Below are positions 53,082 through 62,293 of a stretch of 64,000 nt of DNA, piece by piece. The notes beneath the pieces are model-generated. The model searched no databases, had not been told where the DNA came from, and saw nothing but the letters and a program-made list of their open reading frames with translations. Positions within the stretch are counted from its first letter, which is position 1. Each line of letters begins with the position of its first letter. The position numbers and the translations under genes are program-made. Source of the DNA: a virus (taxonomy: Duplodnaviria > Heunggongvirae > Uroviricota > Caudoviricetes); IMG/VR virus record IMGVR_UViG_3300045391_007586; one strand, written 5' to 3'.

Positions 53082-53489
53082 TTATCTGGCCGCGTAGAAC
53101 AGGTGGTTTCCGATCCGCTCGCGATATGTGACTTCTTTCCGCCACCACGGTCGCGAGTATGTCGCGTGATAGTAAGTGGCTCCGTTCGTGATGTCTGGGA
53201 ACCTTCCCGAGAGGACGATCCCTGCGATGCGCTTCGCGAGCGCCCATGAGTCGTCGTCCTGCATCACATACTCTTGCTTCACAGAGAAAATACCTCTGCG
53301 ACGCTGGACATACAACGATGTCCAACTAAACTGCTTCGGCTTCAACACGACATCGCAAACCTTCTTCGGATCGTGATCTGCCCGGTTCATCGTTACCAGA
53401 GCCACCGCATACTGCCCTGGAATCGTTTCCCCTCTTGCTTCAAAAAACACGTTCGCCGCGAGACATAGAAAAGCGCTCGCCAAGACCAT
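53082..53489 (-). CDS. SleB/CwlJ-family cell wall hydrolase (candidate endolysin)
   Basis: NVFFEARGE...GQYAVALVTMNR signature of the hydrolase_2 family; N-terminal hydrophobic segment. Confidence 0.65.
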   Translation of the reverse strand: MVLASAFLCLAANVFFEARGETIPGQYAVALVTMNRADHDPKKVCDVVLKPKQFSWTSLYVQRRRGIFSVKQEYVMQDDDSWALAKRIAGIVLSGRFPDITNGATYYHATYSRPWWRKEVTYRERIGNHLFYAAR

Positions 53490-53555
53490 CAGTGACCTCC
53501 TTTTATTCTTTCAGCTTTGACTGACATTCTAACACACAAACCTGTAAGGATTGGG

Positions 53556-53927
53556 TCAGCGCAGACGCATCGCTTTTTCGATCGCCTTCGCTCGTGTGTC
53601 AGGCCGGACGCGGAACTTCGAGAGTGGCAGGCCCCGCTGAAGGGTCTCGTATCGGTGCCGGAATGAATGCTCGCCGTAGAAGTCGTCGATATGGGTTAGC
53701 CAGACCTGACGCTTGCCCTCCTTCTTGATCAGCACGCCGATAGCGAAGCAGCCGCGTGCCCGCGATTGTTCGAGCGTCCGGTTGTCGATGCACCACGCCC
53801 ATTTGGCTTGGAAGATTTCCCGCTCTTTGCGGTGCGCGAGGTAGATGACCTTGCCGCTGTCCAGGTGATACCAGCGGCCGTAGAACTTGCCATTGACGGT
53901 GTGCGGGACGATTACCATGCGCCCCAC
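53556..53927 (-). CDS. hypothetical protein
   Basis: 123 aa. Confidence 0.45.
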   Translation of the reverse strand: MGRMVIVPHTVNGKFYGRWYHLDSGKVIYLAHRKEREIFQAKWAWCIDNRTLEQSRARGCFAIGVLIKKEGKRQVWLTHIDDFYGEHSFRHRYETLQRGLPLSKFRVRPDTRAKAIEKAMRLR

Positions 53928-54310
53928 CCTTCGTCGTATTGGACAGCGGTTTCGACGGGCGGGGGCGCTACGGTGTCCGGGAACTCGATGCGAACGCGTG
54001 GCGAGTCACCGAGCTCTTTCCATTTGCCAATCGTTGAACCGAACTTGCGATGCAAGTCCTTGACTTCCTGGATTACCTTGTCCAGCAGTTCGTTCGTGTC
54101 TGAATCGAACTGGTTTCTGCCGGTCTTCGCCTCTTCGCTGCGCAACCAACACAGCCAGCCGGCGTCGTCGATGATCACCTGCTGGACCGTCTTACCCTTG
54201 TGTCTGCCGAAGGTCAGCGTGTCCTCCAGCGTCAGAGTGCCTTTCACGTTCGCCTCCAAAGGAACCGAGGCGAACCCCGGTTCACTCGATTCTTTCGAGA
54301 TAGACCACAA
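53912..54310 (-). CDS. hypothetical protein (DUF3820-like FGRHKGKT motif)
   Basis: TFGRHKGKTVQQVIIDDAGWLCWL resembles a conserved phage/bacterial small domain. Confidence 0.45.
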   Translation of the reverse strand: MWSISKESSEPGFASVPLEANVKGTLTLEDTLTFGRHKGKTVQQVIIDDAGWLCWLRSEEAKTGRNQFDSDTNELLDKVIQEVKDLHRKFGSTIGKWKELGDSPRVRIEFPDTVAPPPVETAVQYDEGWGAW

Positions 54311-54635
54311 CCGCGCGTTTGGTCGGAAGCGCGATGTGCGGCCCGTATAGCTTCCGAATGTAGGCGAAGAGGCGTGCGGACGATTCAGTCTTGTCCGTGC
54401 TGTGAACCTCGGTATGGTTCATTGCTGCGTGAGAGAGACAGAGCTCGCCAAGCAAGCCCGGTTCGATCTGCGTCACGCGTGCGCGACCGAATACAACCTT
54501 CCTCTTCCCTTCCATCAAAAAGACTTCATCGCCGACCGCGACCTTCTTGAGCATGCCGGTGCCGAGCCGGAACGTGTTGAACGCGCCCTCGAAGCCGGTC
54601 AGCGGCGGGATGAAGTCCAATACCAGTGTTTCCAT
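54282..54635 (-). CDS. hypothetical protein (possible ASCH/PUA-like)
   Basis: 117 aa. Confidence 0.4.
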   Translation of the reverse strand: METLVLDFIPPLTGFEGAFNTFRLGTGMLKKVAVGDEVFLMEGKRKVVFGRARVTQIEPGLLGELCLSHAAMNHTEVHSTDKTESSARLFAYIRKLYGPHIALPTKRAVVVYLERIE

Positions 54636-54695
54636 AGAGCCCTCACAGTCGATCAGTGAATCGATCGACTATACCGGGCCAGCGAAACGCCTGGT

Positions 54696-55712
54696 TTAGG
54701 CAGCAGCAGCGAGAAGCAGGCTGCGCAGTTGGCTTTCCAGACCTTCCGCGCGAACCTTCTCGGCGAGCTCCTTGATGAAATACTTCTTGCCGTCGATCCA
54801 CGTCACACGAGGCTTGCTGTATTCGAGCTTGCCTTCAGCGATCAGGTATTCGATCAGCGTGAAGTTGTAGTCAAAGTGCGCCACGCCCAAGTCGTCGAAC
54901 GTCAGACGCAGATCGACCTCCTGGAACGGCTTCGTGAATTTCGACTTCACTACCTTGGCGCCCACGTTCTGACCGGCAAACTCCTTGCCGCCAGCGGCGT
55001 TCTCCATGATCTTCGAGCGCGACAGGGCGACGCGGGCCGACGCGTAGAACTCCATCGCCTTGCCGCCCGGTGTCGTCGTCGGATCGCCGTAGACGACGCC
55101 CGGTTTCGTGCGCGTCTGGTTCAGATACAGGAACGTCGCGTTCAGCTCGCCGGCCCAGAACGCTTGCGTCTTCAGCGTGCTCGACGTAACGCGTGCGAGC
55201 GCCGTCGTGTCGTTCATCGTGTATTGGTCGATCTCCTTCTCGGCTTGCGACTGCGGCAGCGCTGCCGCGATCGAGTCGAAGACCCACAGGATCGGCGCAT
55301 CGGGCGCGATCACGCCAGCCTTGCGGAGCAACTGAGTGGCTTTCGTCGCCTTCATGTTGCCCTCTTCCCAAGTCTTCGGCCGATAGTAGAACCAATGCGG
55401 ACGCTCGTCATTGAGACCGAAGCCCTTCGCCAGCTCGACGTTGAAAGAACGCTCCCAATCGATGAAGCCGGCGATGCCACCGAGCCGCTGCGCCTGCACC
55501 ATCCACTTCGTCGCGAGCGCGGTTTTGCCCGTCGACGAGTCGCCATACATTTCGACCAGGCGCCCATACGGCAGACCGCCGTCATAGCGGCCCGAGATCG
55601 CCTTGTTCAGCGGGGGATACCCCGTGTCGATCCACTGCGTGACGGCCTGCTCTTCGTCGTTCTTGCCAAGCTCCTTCTCCAGCAACGCCAATGCGTCTGC
55701 CATGCTGCTCAT
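54696..55712 (-). CDS. RecA/UvsX-like recombinase
   Basis: Walker A GDSSTGKTA and RecA-fold core; start trimmed to MSSMAD. Confidence 0.75.
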   Translation of the reverse strand: MSSMADALALLEKELGKNDEEQAVTQWIDTGYPPLNKAISGRYDGGLPYGRLVEMYGDSSTGKTALATKWMVQAQRLGGIAGFIDWERSFNVELAKGFGLNDERPHWFYYRPKTWEEGNMKATKATQLLRKAGVIAPDAPILWVFDSIAAALPQSQAEKEIDQYTMNDTTALARVTSSTLKTQAFWAGELNATFLYLNQTRTKPGVVYGDPTTTPGGKAMEFYASARVALSRSKIMENAAGGKEFAGQNVGAKVVKSKFTKPFQEVDLRLTFDDLGVAHFDYNFTLIEYLIAEGKLEYSKPRVTWIDGKKYFIKELAEKVRAEGLESQLRSLLLAAAA

Positions 55713-55714
55713 TT

Positions 55715-56623
55715 TTACTGCGCTCCAATGAAAGGTCTGATGAAGTGATCGACGTTGTTTGCGATGCTGGAAAATCCGAGCTCGAAACACACGTCCTGAA
55801 ATGCGCTCTTGTCGAACGCGCCGCGGTCGATTTCCACGGTTGAAGGGTCCGGCTTCTGCACGCGGAGAAGCTGCATGAGCCGGAAGTTGCGTCGATAGAC
55901 GGTGCGACCTTCAGGGCTTGCCAGCCGCTCGTGCGCCTTCTTCTTTGGCGTCACCGCCCCGCTGTCGACTGCCTGCCAGAAGCGACGCACCGAGCCGAAC
56001 TCCGCAAGGAATTCAGGTGCGCCCTTCTCACCGATGCCGCCCACGCCGGGAACCACGTCCGAGCTGTCGCCTTGCAGGCACTTGCCTTCGAGAAAGTTGA
56101 ACGGCGTCTTGTAGCCGGTCTTGTCGAAGAAATTGCGCGCCGTGATGACATTGCGGCGATCGAGCGTGTCAACCCACTCCACGTTCTCCCGAATGAGCTG
56201 GAGCCAGTCGTGGTCGCCCGTGTAAAGGTTGATGTCGTTCGATGGGTCAGAAGCGAGTCGATCGACGAGATAGCCCGCCATGTCGTCTGCTTCATGCGTT
56301 GCGACGGTCAGTTGTCGGACGCCCAGAGCGCGAAGCGCCCGCACCAGAAACGGCTTTTGTCGTGCATACGACTCCTTCGCCGCGAGCTTCTTCGGGTCGT
56401 TACCGCGATTGGACTTGTAGTCCGGGTGCAGATCGAAACGCCACTGAGCGCGACCATCCCAGAGCACCTGGAACGTGCGGCCCGGTTCGTTCGCGACGAC
56501 GTTGCGCAGACGGTTGAGAAAACCAAAGACCGCTTGCGTCTCCATATCGCCCGACTTCAGCTTCGTTGCGTGGTTGCATGCGTGACCCCAACTGTTGCCG
56601 TCGATGAGTCCGTGTCTTGCCAT
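55715..56623 (-). CDS. 5'-3' exonuclease / flap endonuclease (RNase H-like, FEN family)
   Basis: LIDGNS, EADD, GDHDWLQL and H3TH VPGVGGIGEKGA motifs. Confidence 0.85.
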   Translation of the reverse strand: MARHGLIDGNSWGHACNHATKLKSGDMETQAVFGFLNRLRNVVANEPGRTFQVLWDGRAQWRFDLHPDYKSNRGNDPKKLAAKESYARQKPFLVRALRALGVRQLTVATHEADDMAGYLVDRLASDPSNDINLYTGDHDWLQLIRENVEWVDTLDRRNVITARNFFDKTGYKTPFNFLEGKCLQGDSSDVVPGVGGIGEKGAPEFLAEFGSVRRFWQAVDSGAVTPKKKAHERLASPEGRTVYRRNFRLMQLLRVQKPDPSTVEIDRGAFDKSAFQDVCFELGFSSIANNVDHFIRPFIGAQ

Positions 56624-56704
56624 TTAACCTCCAGAGACAGTAAGGGCCGGACAGCCTTTCGACCACCGGTCCTTATCCGTCAACGTTGACTGACTATCCG
56701 AGCT

Positions 56705-57544
56705 TTACTGCTTCAGGAGCTCGTCCAGTTCAGCATCGAGGTCCACCGTCGCTGCCGCTGCGGGGGCTGCGGTTGCAGCAACCGGTGCCGCCGCTACCGT
56801 TTCAGCCGGGAATGCGGCCGGTGCAGCAGCAGCCGTTGCAGCAGCCGTCGACGCGGGCAGAGCCGGAGCCGCAGTGCGCGGTGCATCGGAAGCGCCCGGT
56901 GCAGCCAGCAGACCTGCGACCGTCTTGACGGCGATCTGCGCGCGACGCTTGCCTTCGTCGCTCGTCTGCTTCACATACTCGTCCAGGTTGTTGAGCTTGG
57001 TCAGTGCGTCAGCCGGGACGTTGGCCGGGTTCGGGGACGGAACCGCCGTGTATTTCGTGTTGAGACCCTTGCCGTCCTTGTTGATCTCCAGCTCCATTTC
57101 GAACGCGCGATGCTGCCAGGAGCCGACGATCTGAAGAACTGCGTTGAAAACGCTGCCGGGAACTTCGAGAATCTGCGGCGTGTTCGGCTGTTCGCTTTCG
57201 GGCAGAAGCACGTTCAGGAGGTAGACCTGATTGGCCTTTGCTTCAGCGAGCGTTTCGCGCGTAGCGTCGTCGACCAGCTTCGATGCGCGGGCCAGCTCGT
57301 CGCAGATTTCGCACGGCACGTTGTCGGTGCGGTGCGAGCACACGTAGACTGCCTGGACCGTGCCGGTCGTGTCCTTGATGTAGTGCTGACCGAACTCGCG
57401 CCAGAAGACTTCGCGTTCGGTTTCGCGCCAGCCGGGAAGGAGAACCACACGGTTCTTGCCGGGCTTCAGCTTCACGGTGCGACCGTGACGTTGGAGAGCT
57501 TGTTGCTTGTTCTTGACGAGGGCGAGAAGTTTGGACGTGTCCAT
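56705..57544 (-). CDS. single-stranded DNA-binding protein (gp32-like, zinc-binding) with Ala/Pro-rich acidic tail
   Basis: VCSHRTDNVPCEICD zinc site; trimmed to MDTSKLL with AAGGA RBS; located between FEN and polymerase. Confidence 0.6.
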   Translation of the reverse strand: MDTSKLLALVKNKQQALQRHGRTVKLKPGKNRVVLLPGWRETEREVFWREFGQHYIKDTTGTVQAVYVCSHRTDNVPCEICDELARASKLVDDATRETLAEAKANQVYLLNVLLPESEQPNTPQILEVPGSVFNAVLQIVGSWQHRAFEMELEINKDGKGLNTKYTAVPSPNPANVPADALTKLNNLDEYVKQTSDEGKRRAQIAVKTVAGLLAAPGASDAPRTAAPALPASTAAATAAAAPAAFPAETVAAAPVAATAAPAAAATVDLDAELDELLKQ

Positions 57545-57648
57545 GACTTTGATCCTTGAAAGAGAAAGAGAGTAAGTTTTCGCTAGTCTTGTCATCCGGC
57601 TAACTGCGCCCTCTGACAAGACTATTATCTGTCATCGCTGACTGACAA

Positions 57649-58647
57649 TCAAGCGTTGCGCAAGGCGGCTTTTGCGCTTTCCTTCATGTCGTTGAAGGCG
57701 TTGTCGCGCGCCTGCTGCTCCATCACGCGCAGTTGACCCTGCATTTCGTTGCGACGGTCTGCGCCGAGCTGCACGAGCATGTCCTTGCGGTCGCCCATTG
57801 CCGCGACGATTGCCTTGTTCTGGTTCACGATGGACTCAGCCTCGATGACCAGATTCTTGACCTTCTGATACGCCTCGTCCTGCCGGACGGCCGACTCGAT
57901 CATCTTCTCGGTCACTTTCTCGCCGGCAGCAACAAACTGGCGACGATACTTGTCGCTCAGCGACGCCTCGGTGAGCTCCAGCCGTTGCTTCAGCTTCGAA
58001 TGCTGCTGCTCAGCCATCGCCGCCTGAACGCCGTAGAAAGCCCGCAGCCCCGCCTGTTGCATCATGTTCTCGTTGAGCGTCAGGTCGGATACGCGGGTAT
58101 CCGCTGCCCACTGTTCAGCCGGGATGAAGTATCGAAGACCGAGCGGCGAGCGTGTCGGCGCGCTCTCGTCCGGTGCGACGCGTTCGAGCGTCGGTGCAGG
58201 CTCGACGGTTGGCGGAACAGCCGGCGTCGGCGGGACGATCGGTTGCTCAACAGCCGGTGTCGGCGCTGGAGTCGGTGCCGGTGTCGGCGTCGGCGTTGGC
58301 GCCACCTGGGGATTGCCGCCCTTCAGCGCGGCGAGCGCCGCCGCTTTCAGCGAGGCAGTGTCGGGCTCCGGCTGCGCGGGCTCTTCCGGGAAGACGGGCG
58401 GTTCCACTGCCGTGACCGGCTCCAGCTCTTCCTTCATGAAATAAGACTCCGCGGTCGGCGTCGGTGCTGGCGTCGGTGCTGGCGTCGGCTCAGGCGTCGG
58501 CTCTGCAACCGGCGCACTGACCGTTGCGGGCGCGGAGGCCGTCTCGGGCGTCGAATTCGCACGGGCAATCATGTCCGCCGCTTGGGTTTCCAGCTCGCTC
58601 ATCAACTCGTCCAGCTCTGCATCCGAAATGTCGATAGGGGTCGACAT
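57649..58647 (-). CDS. hypothetical protein with Pro/Thr-rich (PTPAPTP) linker and C-terminal coiled-coil
   Basis: 332 aa; motif 1 copy at 58689-58711. Confidence 0.5.
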   Translation of the reverse strand: MSTPIDISDAELDELMSELETQAADMIARANSTPETASAPATVSAPVAEPTPEPTPAPTPAPTPTAESYFMKEELEPVTAVEPPVFPEEPAQPEPDTASLKAAALAALKGGNPQVAPTPTPTPAPTPAPTPAVEQPIVPPTPAVPPTVEPAPTLERVAPDESAPTRSPLGLRYFIPAEQWAADTRVSDLTLNENMMQQAGLRAFYGVQAAMAEQQHSKLKQRLELTEASLSDKYRRQFVAAGEKVTEKMIESAVRQDEAYQKVKNLVIEAESIVNQNKAIVAAMGDRKDMLVQLGADRRNEMQGQLRVMEQQARDNAFNDMKESAKAALRNA

Positions 58648-58710
58648 GGTTACTCCATCAGGTTTAGGGTTGGGTTGAAATGATAGTGTATGTCAGTGTT
58701 GACTGATTGT

Positions 58711-61700
58711 TTAACTCAAAATCTCGGCAACTTTTTCGAAAATCTCCTTCAAAACTTCGATCTTGGACGGATCGAATCCGATTTGCTGCGGATTTATCCC
58801 ACACACAATGCTCGCGTCGAGCGCCGGGTCATACAGCACCTTGCCAGCGAGCTCCGCGCTCGAACCCTTCAGTCCGGGCGCCAGATACTTGATCGAGGCC
58901 GTGCCGAGCGCGACGATGATCGCCGGCTTGATCAGCTCGATCTCGCGCTTCAGAAAGCCACAACACCCGTTGATCTGGGCGTTCGAGAGGAACTTGTCGT
59001 TCTTCTTCGCCTTGACCAGCGTCGTGTAGTAGCCCTCGTTCGGGTTCAGCCCGACCGCCTTGATGGTTTCGGTCAGGTAGGTCGCCGCGTCGCCCGTGAG
59101 CAGCTTGCCCGACTTCTCTTCCTGCCAGCTCGGGCAGTCCGTGACGACCATGAACTTGACCGTGTTCTTTGCCCGGACGTTCGGGTGCGCCTGCGCATGA
59201 AGATCGCACGCGGTGCAGCCCTTGTATTCCTGCACGATGTGGATGATCTTCGCTTTCAGGAAGTTCTCCGACAGGTCGGTTGTCCGGTCAGCTTTCACCG
59301 CGTCAACGATCAGCCCAGGAAGCAGGTCGATCTGGTCTTTGCGACGCGACAGGTCGCGCGGTCCCGGCGCACCAGGCGTCAGCTCCGCAAGCGCCCCTAC
59401 CTTTTCGAGGTTCGCGACAGCCCGCGCGTTGATTTTGGAGCCTTTCTCGGCCGCTACGCGCTTGAAATGCTCTGCGTCGACAAACCGCCCGCCCTCCCGC
59501 GCTCGAAACTCGATGATCCGGCTCCCGATGTTCTCCGAGATACCCTTCACTGCCGAGAACGGCGCCAGGATGTGCCTGTCATCCTTGATCGTGAACTTGT
59601 TCAAGGACAGGTTCACGTCAGGCGGCAGCACTTCGATGCCGTATTTGCGCGCGTCCATCACGAGACCGGGCCGCTTCTCTTCGTCGACGATCGACATGCA
59701 AGCCGCGAAGTATTCGGCCGGGTAACGCACGCGCACCCACATGGTCAGGTAGGAGATCAGCGAGTATGCGCACGCGTGCGACTTGTTGAAGCCGTAGCCC
59801 GCGAACGCCTCCACCTTGTCGAACACGTTGACGGCGATACGCTCGTCGATGCCGTTTGCCTTGCAGCCGGCCACCCACTTGTCGCGCATCTGGGCCATCT
59901 TGTCCTTATCCTTCTTACCCATCGCCTTCCGCAGGTGATCTGCTTCGGTCATCGTGAAGCCGGCCATGTCCCGCGCGAGCTGCATAGCCTGCTCCTGGTA
60001 GATCAGGACGCTCGACGTGTCTTTCAGCGCGTTCACCATCGACGGGTGCTCGTAGGACGGCTCCATCTTGCCCTGCTTGATGCGCACGTAGTCGGCCATC
60101 AGGCCCGAGTCCATCGGACCCGGACGGTAGAGCGCGGTTGCTGCGGTGATGTCGTCGAATGTCAGGCGCTCGCGCTCGGCCAAGTCCTTCAAGAGCTGTT
60201 TCATGCCGCCCGACTCGAACTGGAAGATGCCCGTCGTGTCGCCCCGCCCGAACGCATCCATCACGTCCGGCTCATTCAACGGAATGCGGAGGTAGTCGAC
60301 CGACTTCCCATGCCGCTCCTGAATGTATTGCTTGGCGATTTCGAGCACGTCCAGGGTCGACAGGCCCAGAATATCCATCTTGACCAGGCCCCAATCCTCG
60401 ACGACGCGTTTGTCCCACGACACAACCGGCGTGTCGCCGCGAGTCTCGACCACTGCGCGGTTCACCAGCGGCTCGCCACCGACGACGACGCCGGCCGCGT
60501 GCTGTCCGAAGGACTTCATGACGCCTTCGAACTTCGTCGCGTGCGCCCACACTTCGGGGAACTTGTCCTTGAACGCGTCGATCTCCGGGACGGCCTTCGC
60601 GGCTTCCGTCAGCGACATCGGAATACCGTGCTCCTTCGGCACGAGCTTCGTGCAGGTGTAGTCGAACGGCTCCAACCCCATGATGCGCGCAGTGTCGCGC
60701 AGCGCTGACGCCGACGCGAGCGTGTTGAAGTTCGCGATGCCCGCCACTCGATCGGCGCCGTATTTCGCTGTCAGGTATTCCGTCACCAAGTGCCGCTTGC
60801 TCGACATGAAGTCCAGATCGGCGTCGGGCAAGTCGATACGGTCGGGATTGATGAAGCGCTCGAACAGCAGGTCAAACCGGATCGGGTCGACTTCGGTGAT
60901 CCCGATCAGGTAAGCGACGAGCGAGCCGCCGACCGAACCGCGGCCTGGCCCGACCATCACGCCGTTCGTTTTCGCCCACTGCACGAGGTCTTCGACGAGC
61001 AGGAAGTAGCCGGAAAAGCCCATGCGCTTGAGCACGCTCAGTTCGTAACGCAGGCGCTCGCTGTAGTCCTTCAGGCGCTCCTTCGGTGGCAGATAGCCGA
61101 AGACCGGTGCGCCAAACCGACGGGTCCAGCCCTCTTTGCACTTCTCGACGAGCGTGTTGAACTCCGCGTCCGACATCTTGGGCAACGACACGTCCAGCTT
61201 CTTGAACTCGTAGTCGCACTTGCCGACGATCTCTTCGATCGCCTTCATACCCTCGACCCAATAGATCGGCTTAGCGAGCGCATAGAATTTCGCCGCCCGC
61301 GCGTTGGCGCCCTTTACGCGCTCGACCAGATGGTTCGGCTCCCGAAACCCGAAGTCCTTGACGAACTGGATCGAGCGCCAGGGTGCGTCTGTCTTCGTGT
61401 TCGAGGCGACGCACCCGAGAATGTCCAGACTCGCGGCATCCTCGTCCGTCTTGTAGAGCGTCGGGTAGCTGACGACCGTGCGTGCGCCGAGTGCGTCAGC
61501 CGTAGCCACCGCCCGCGCGTTCAGCGTGTCAAACAGGGGCGTGTTGACCGGCACCAGCTCCACATAGAGATCGTCGCCGAACTTCGTATGCAGCGAGTGA
61601 ACGATGGCGCTGTGGTTCTCCATGTGGAACACATTGAAGAAGTCGCCCGTTGTCACCACCACGTCTTCGAGCGCCAGCACGTCGTCCAGCCCCACGCGCG

Positions 61701-62073
61701 AGTGGTAGTAGAAGTAGTCGGCTGAGTTGGCTTTGGTGAGAAGGTTCAGGAGCGATCGCATGCCCTTGTCAGTCTTCACGAAAACCTTCAGCGTGTAGGA
61801 TGGGTTCGACTTTTCCTCTTCGCCACTCGACTTGGCAGGCACGCGATAACGCGGGTCTTCGTAGACCCGGAGCACACAGCCGACGATCGGCTTGATGCCC
61901 TTCTTCTTCGCCGCGTTCTGAAAGCTGACGGACGCATGCACAGACATTTCGTCCGCGAGCGCGACGGTCTGGTAGCCCAATTCCGCTGCCTTCTCGACGA
62001 TGTGGTCGACCTGGAGCATCGATCGTCCGACTGAGAAGTCGGACCTTACATTCAAATGATGATTCAGATTCAC
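58711..62073 (-). CDS. dnaE: DNA polymerase III alpha-type (DnaE) replicative polymerase with C-terminal UDG-like domain
   Basis: PHP domain N-terminus (HHLNVRSDFS), polymerase core GSVGGSLVAYLIGITEVDPIRFDLLFERFINPDRIDLPD; last about 160 aa show a family-4 UDG-like pattern; GTG start after AAGGA RBS. Confidence 0.9.
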   Translation of the reverse strand: MNLNHHLNVRSDFSVGRSMLQVDHIVEKAAELGYQTVALADEMSVHASVSFQNAAKKKGIKPIVGCVLRVYEDPRYRVPAKSSGEEEKSNPSYTLKVFVKTDKGMRSLLNLLTKANSADYFYYHSRVGLDDVLALEDVVVTTGDFFNVFHMENHSAIVHSLHTKFGDDLYVELVPVNTPLFDTLNARAVATADALGARTVVSYPTLYKTDEDAASLDILGCVASNTKTDAPWRSIQFVKDFGFREPNHLVERVKGANARAAKFYALAKPIYWVEGMKAIEEIVGKCDYEFKKLDVSLPKMSDAEFNTLVEKCKEGWTRRFGAPVFGYLPPKERLKDYSERLRYELSVLKRMGFSGYFLLVEDLVQWAKTNGVMVGPGRGSVGGSLVAYLIGITEVDPIRFDLLFERFINPDRIDLPDADLDFMSSKRHLVTEYLTAKYGADRVAGIANFNTLASASALRDTARIMGLEPFDYTCTKLVPKEHGIPMSLTEAAKAVPEIDAFKDKFPEVWAHATKFEGVMKSFGQHAAGVVVGGEPLVNRAVVETRGDTPVVSWDKRVVEDWGLVKMDILGLSTLDVLEIAKQYIQERHGKSVDYLRIPLNEPDVMDAFGRGDTTGIFQFESGGMKQLLKDLAERERLTFDDITAATALYRPGPMDSGLMADYVRIKQGKMEPSYEHPSMVNALKDTSSVLIYQEQAMQLARDMAGFTMTEADHLRKAMGKKDKDKMAQMRDKWVAGCKANGIDERIAVNVFDKVEAFAGYGFNKSHACAYSLISYLTMWVRVRYPAEYFAACMSIVDEEKRPGLVMDARKYGIEVLPPDVNLSLNKFTIKDDRHILAPFSAVKGISENIGSRIIEFRAREGGRFVDAEHFKRVAAEKGSKINARAVANLEKVGALAELTPGAPGPRDLSRRKDQIDLLPGLIVDAVKADRTTDLSENFLKAKIIHIVQEYKGCTACDLHAQAHPNVRAKNTVKFMVVTDCPSWQEEKSGKLLTGDAATYLTETIKAVGLNPNEGYYTTLVKAKKNDKFLSNAQINGCCGFLKREIELIKPAIIVALGTASIKYLAPGLKGSSAELAGKVLYDPALDASIVCGINPQQIGFDPSKIEVLKEIFEKVAEILS

Positions 62074-62279
62074 GTTTGATCCTTCAACTGGATGGGTCGA
62101 CCGCAGAAACCGCAAAACTTGTGGCCGTCATCGGTCGGCAGCGGCGGCAAGCTGAAGCCGACTTCAATGGGCGCTTCCATCCGTATCTGATGCCCGCATG
62201 CAGTTTTCCAGTCAGCGCCATAACCGTCCTGGTCGACCTTTCGATATTCACAGTTCATGGGTTTCCTTATGTATGTCAT
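62070..62279 (-). CDS. small zinc-ribbon protein
   Basis: 69 aa with NCEY...CGH...CGFCG; overlaps the dnaE start (GTGA). Confidence 0.45.
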   Translation of the reverse strand: MTYIRKPMNCEYRKVDQDGYGADWKTACGHQIRMEAPIEVGFSLPPLPTDDGHKFCGFCGRPIQLKDQT

Positions 62280-62293
62280 CTACGACTGACAGT

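Noticed and set aside
58690-60708. 672-aa plus-strand ORF antisense to dnaE, and similar long ORFs (38680-40356, 44558-45913, 54729-55748, 55931-56689, 57733-58683, 60790-61725)
   Set aside because: All are Arg/Leu/Val/Asp-rich reverse-strand shadows of well-supported minus-strand genes.
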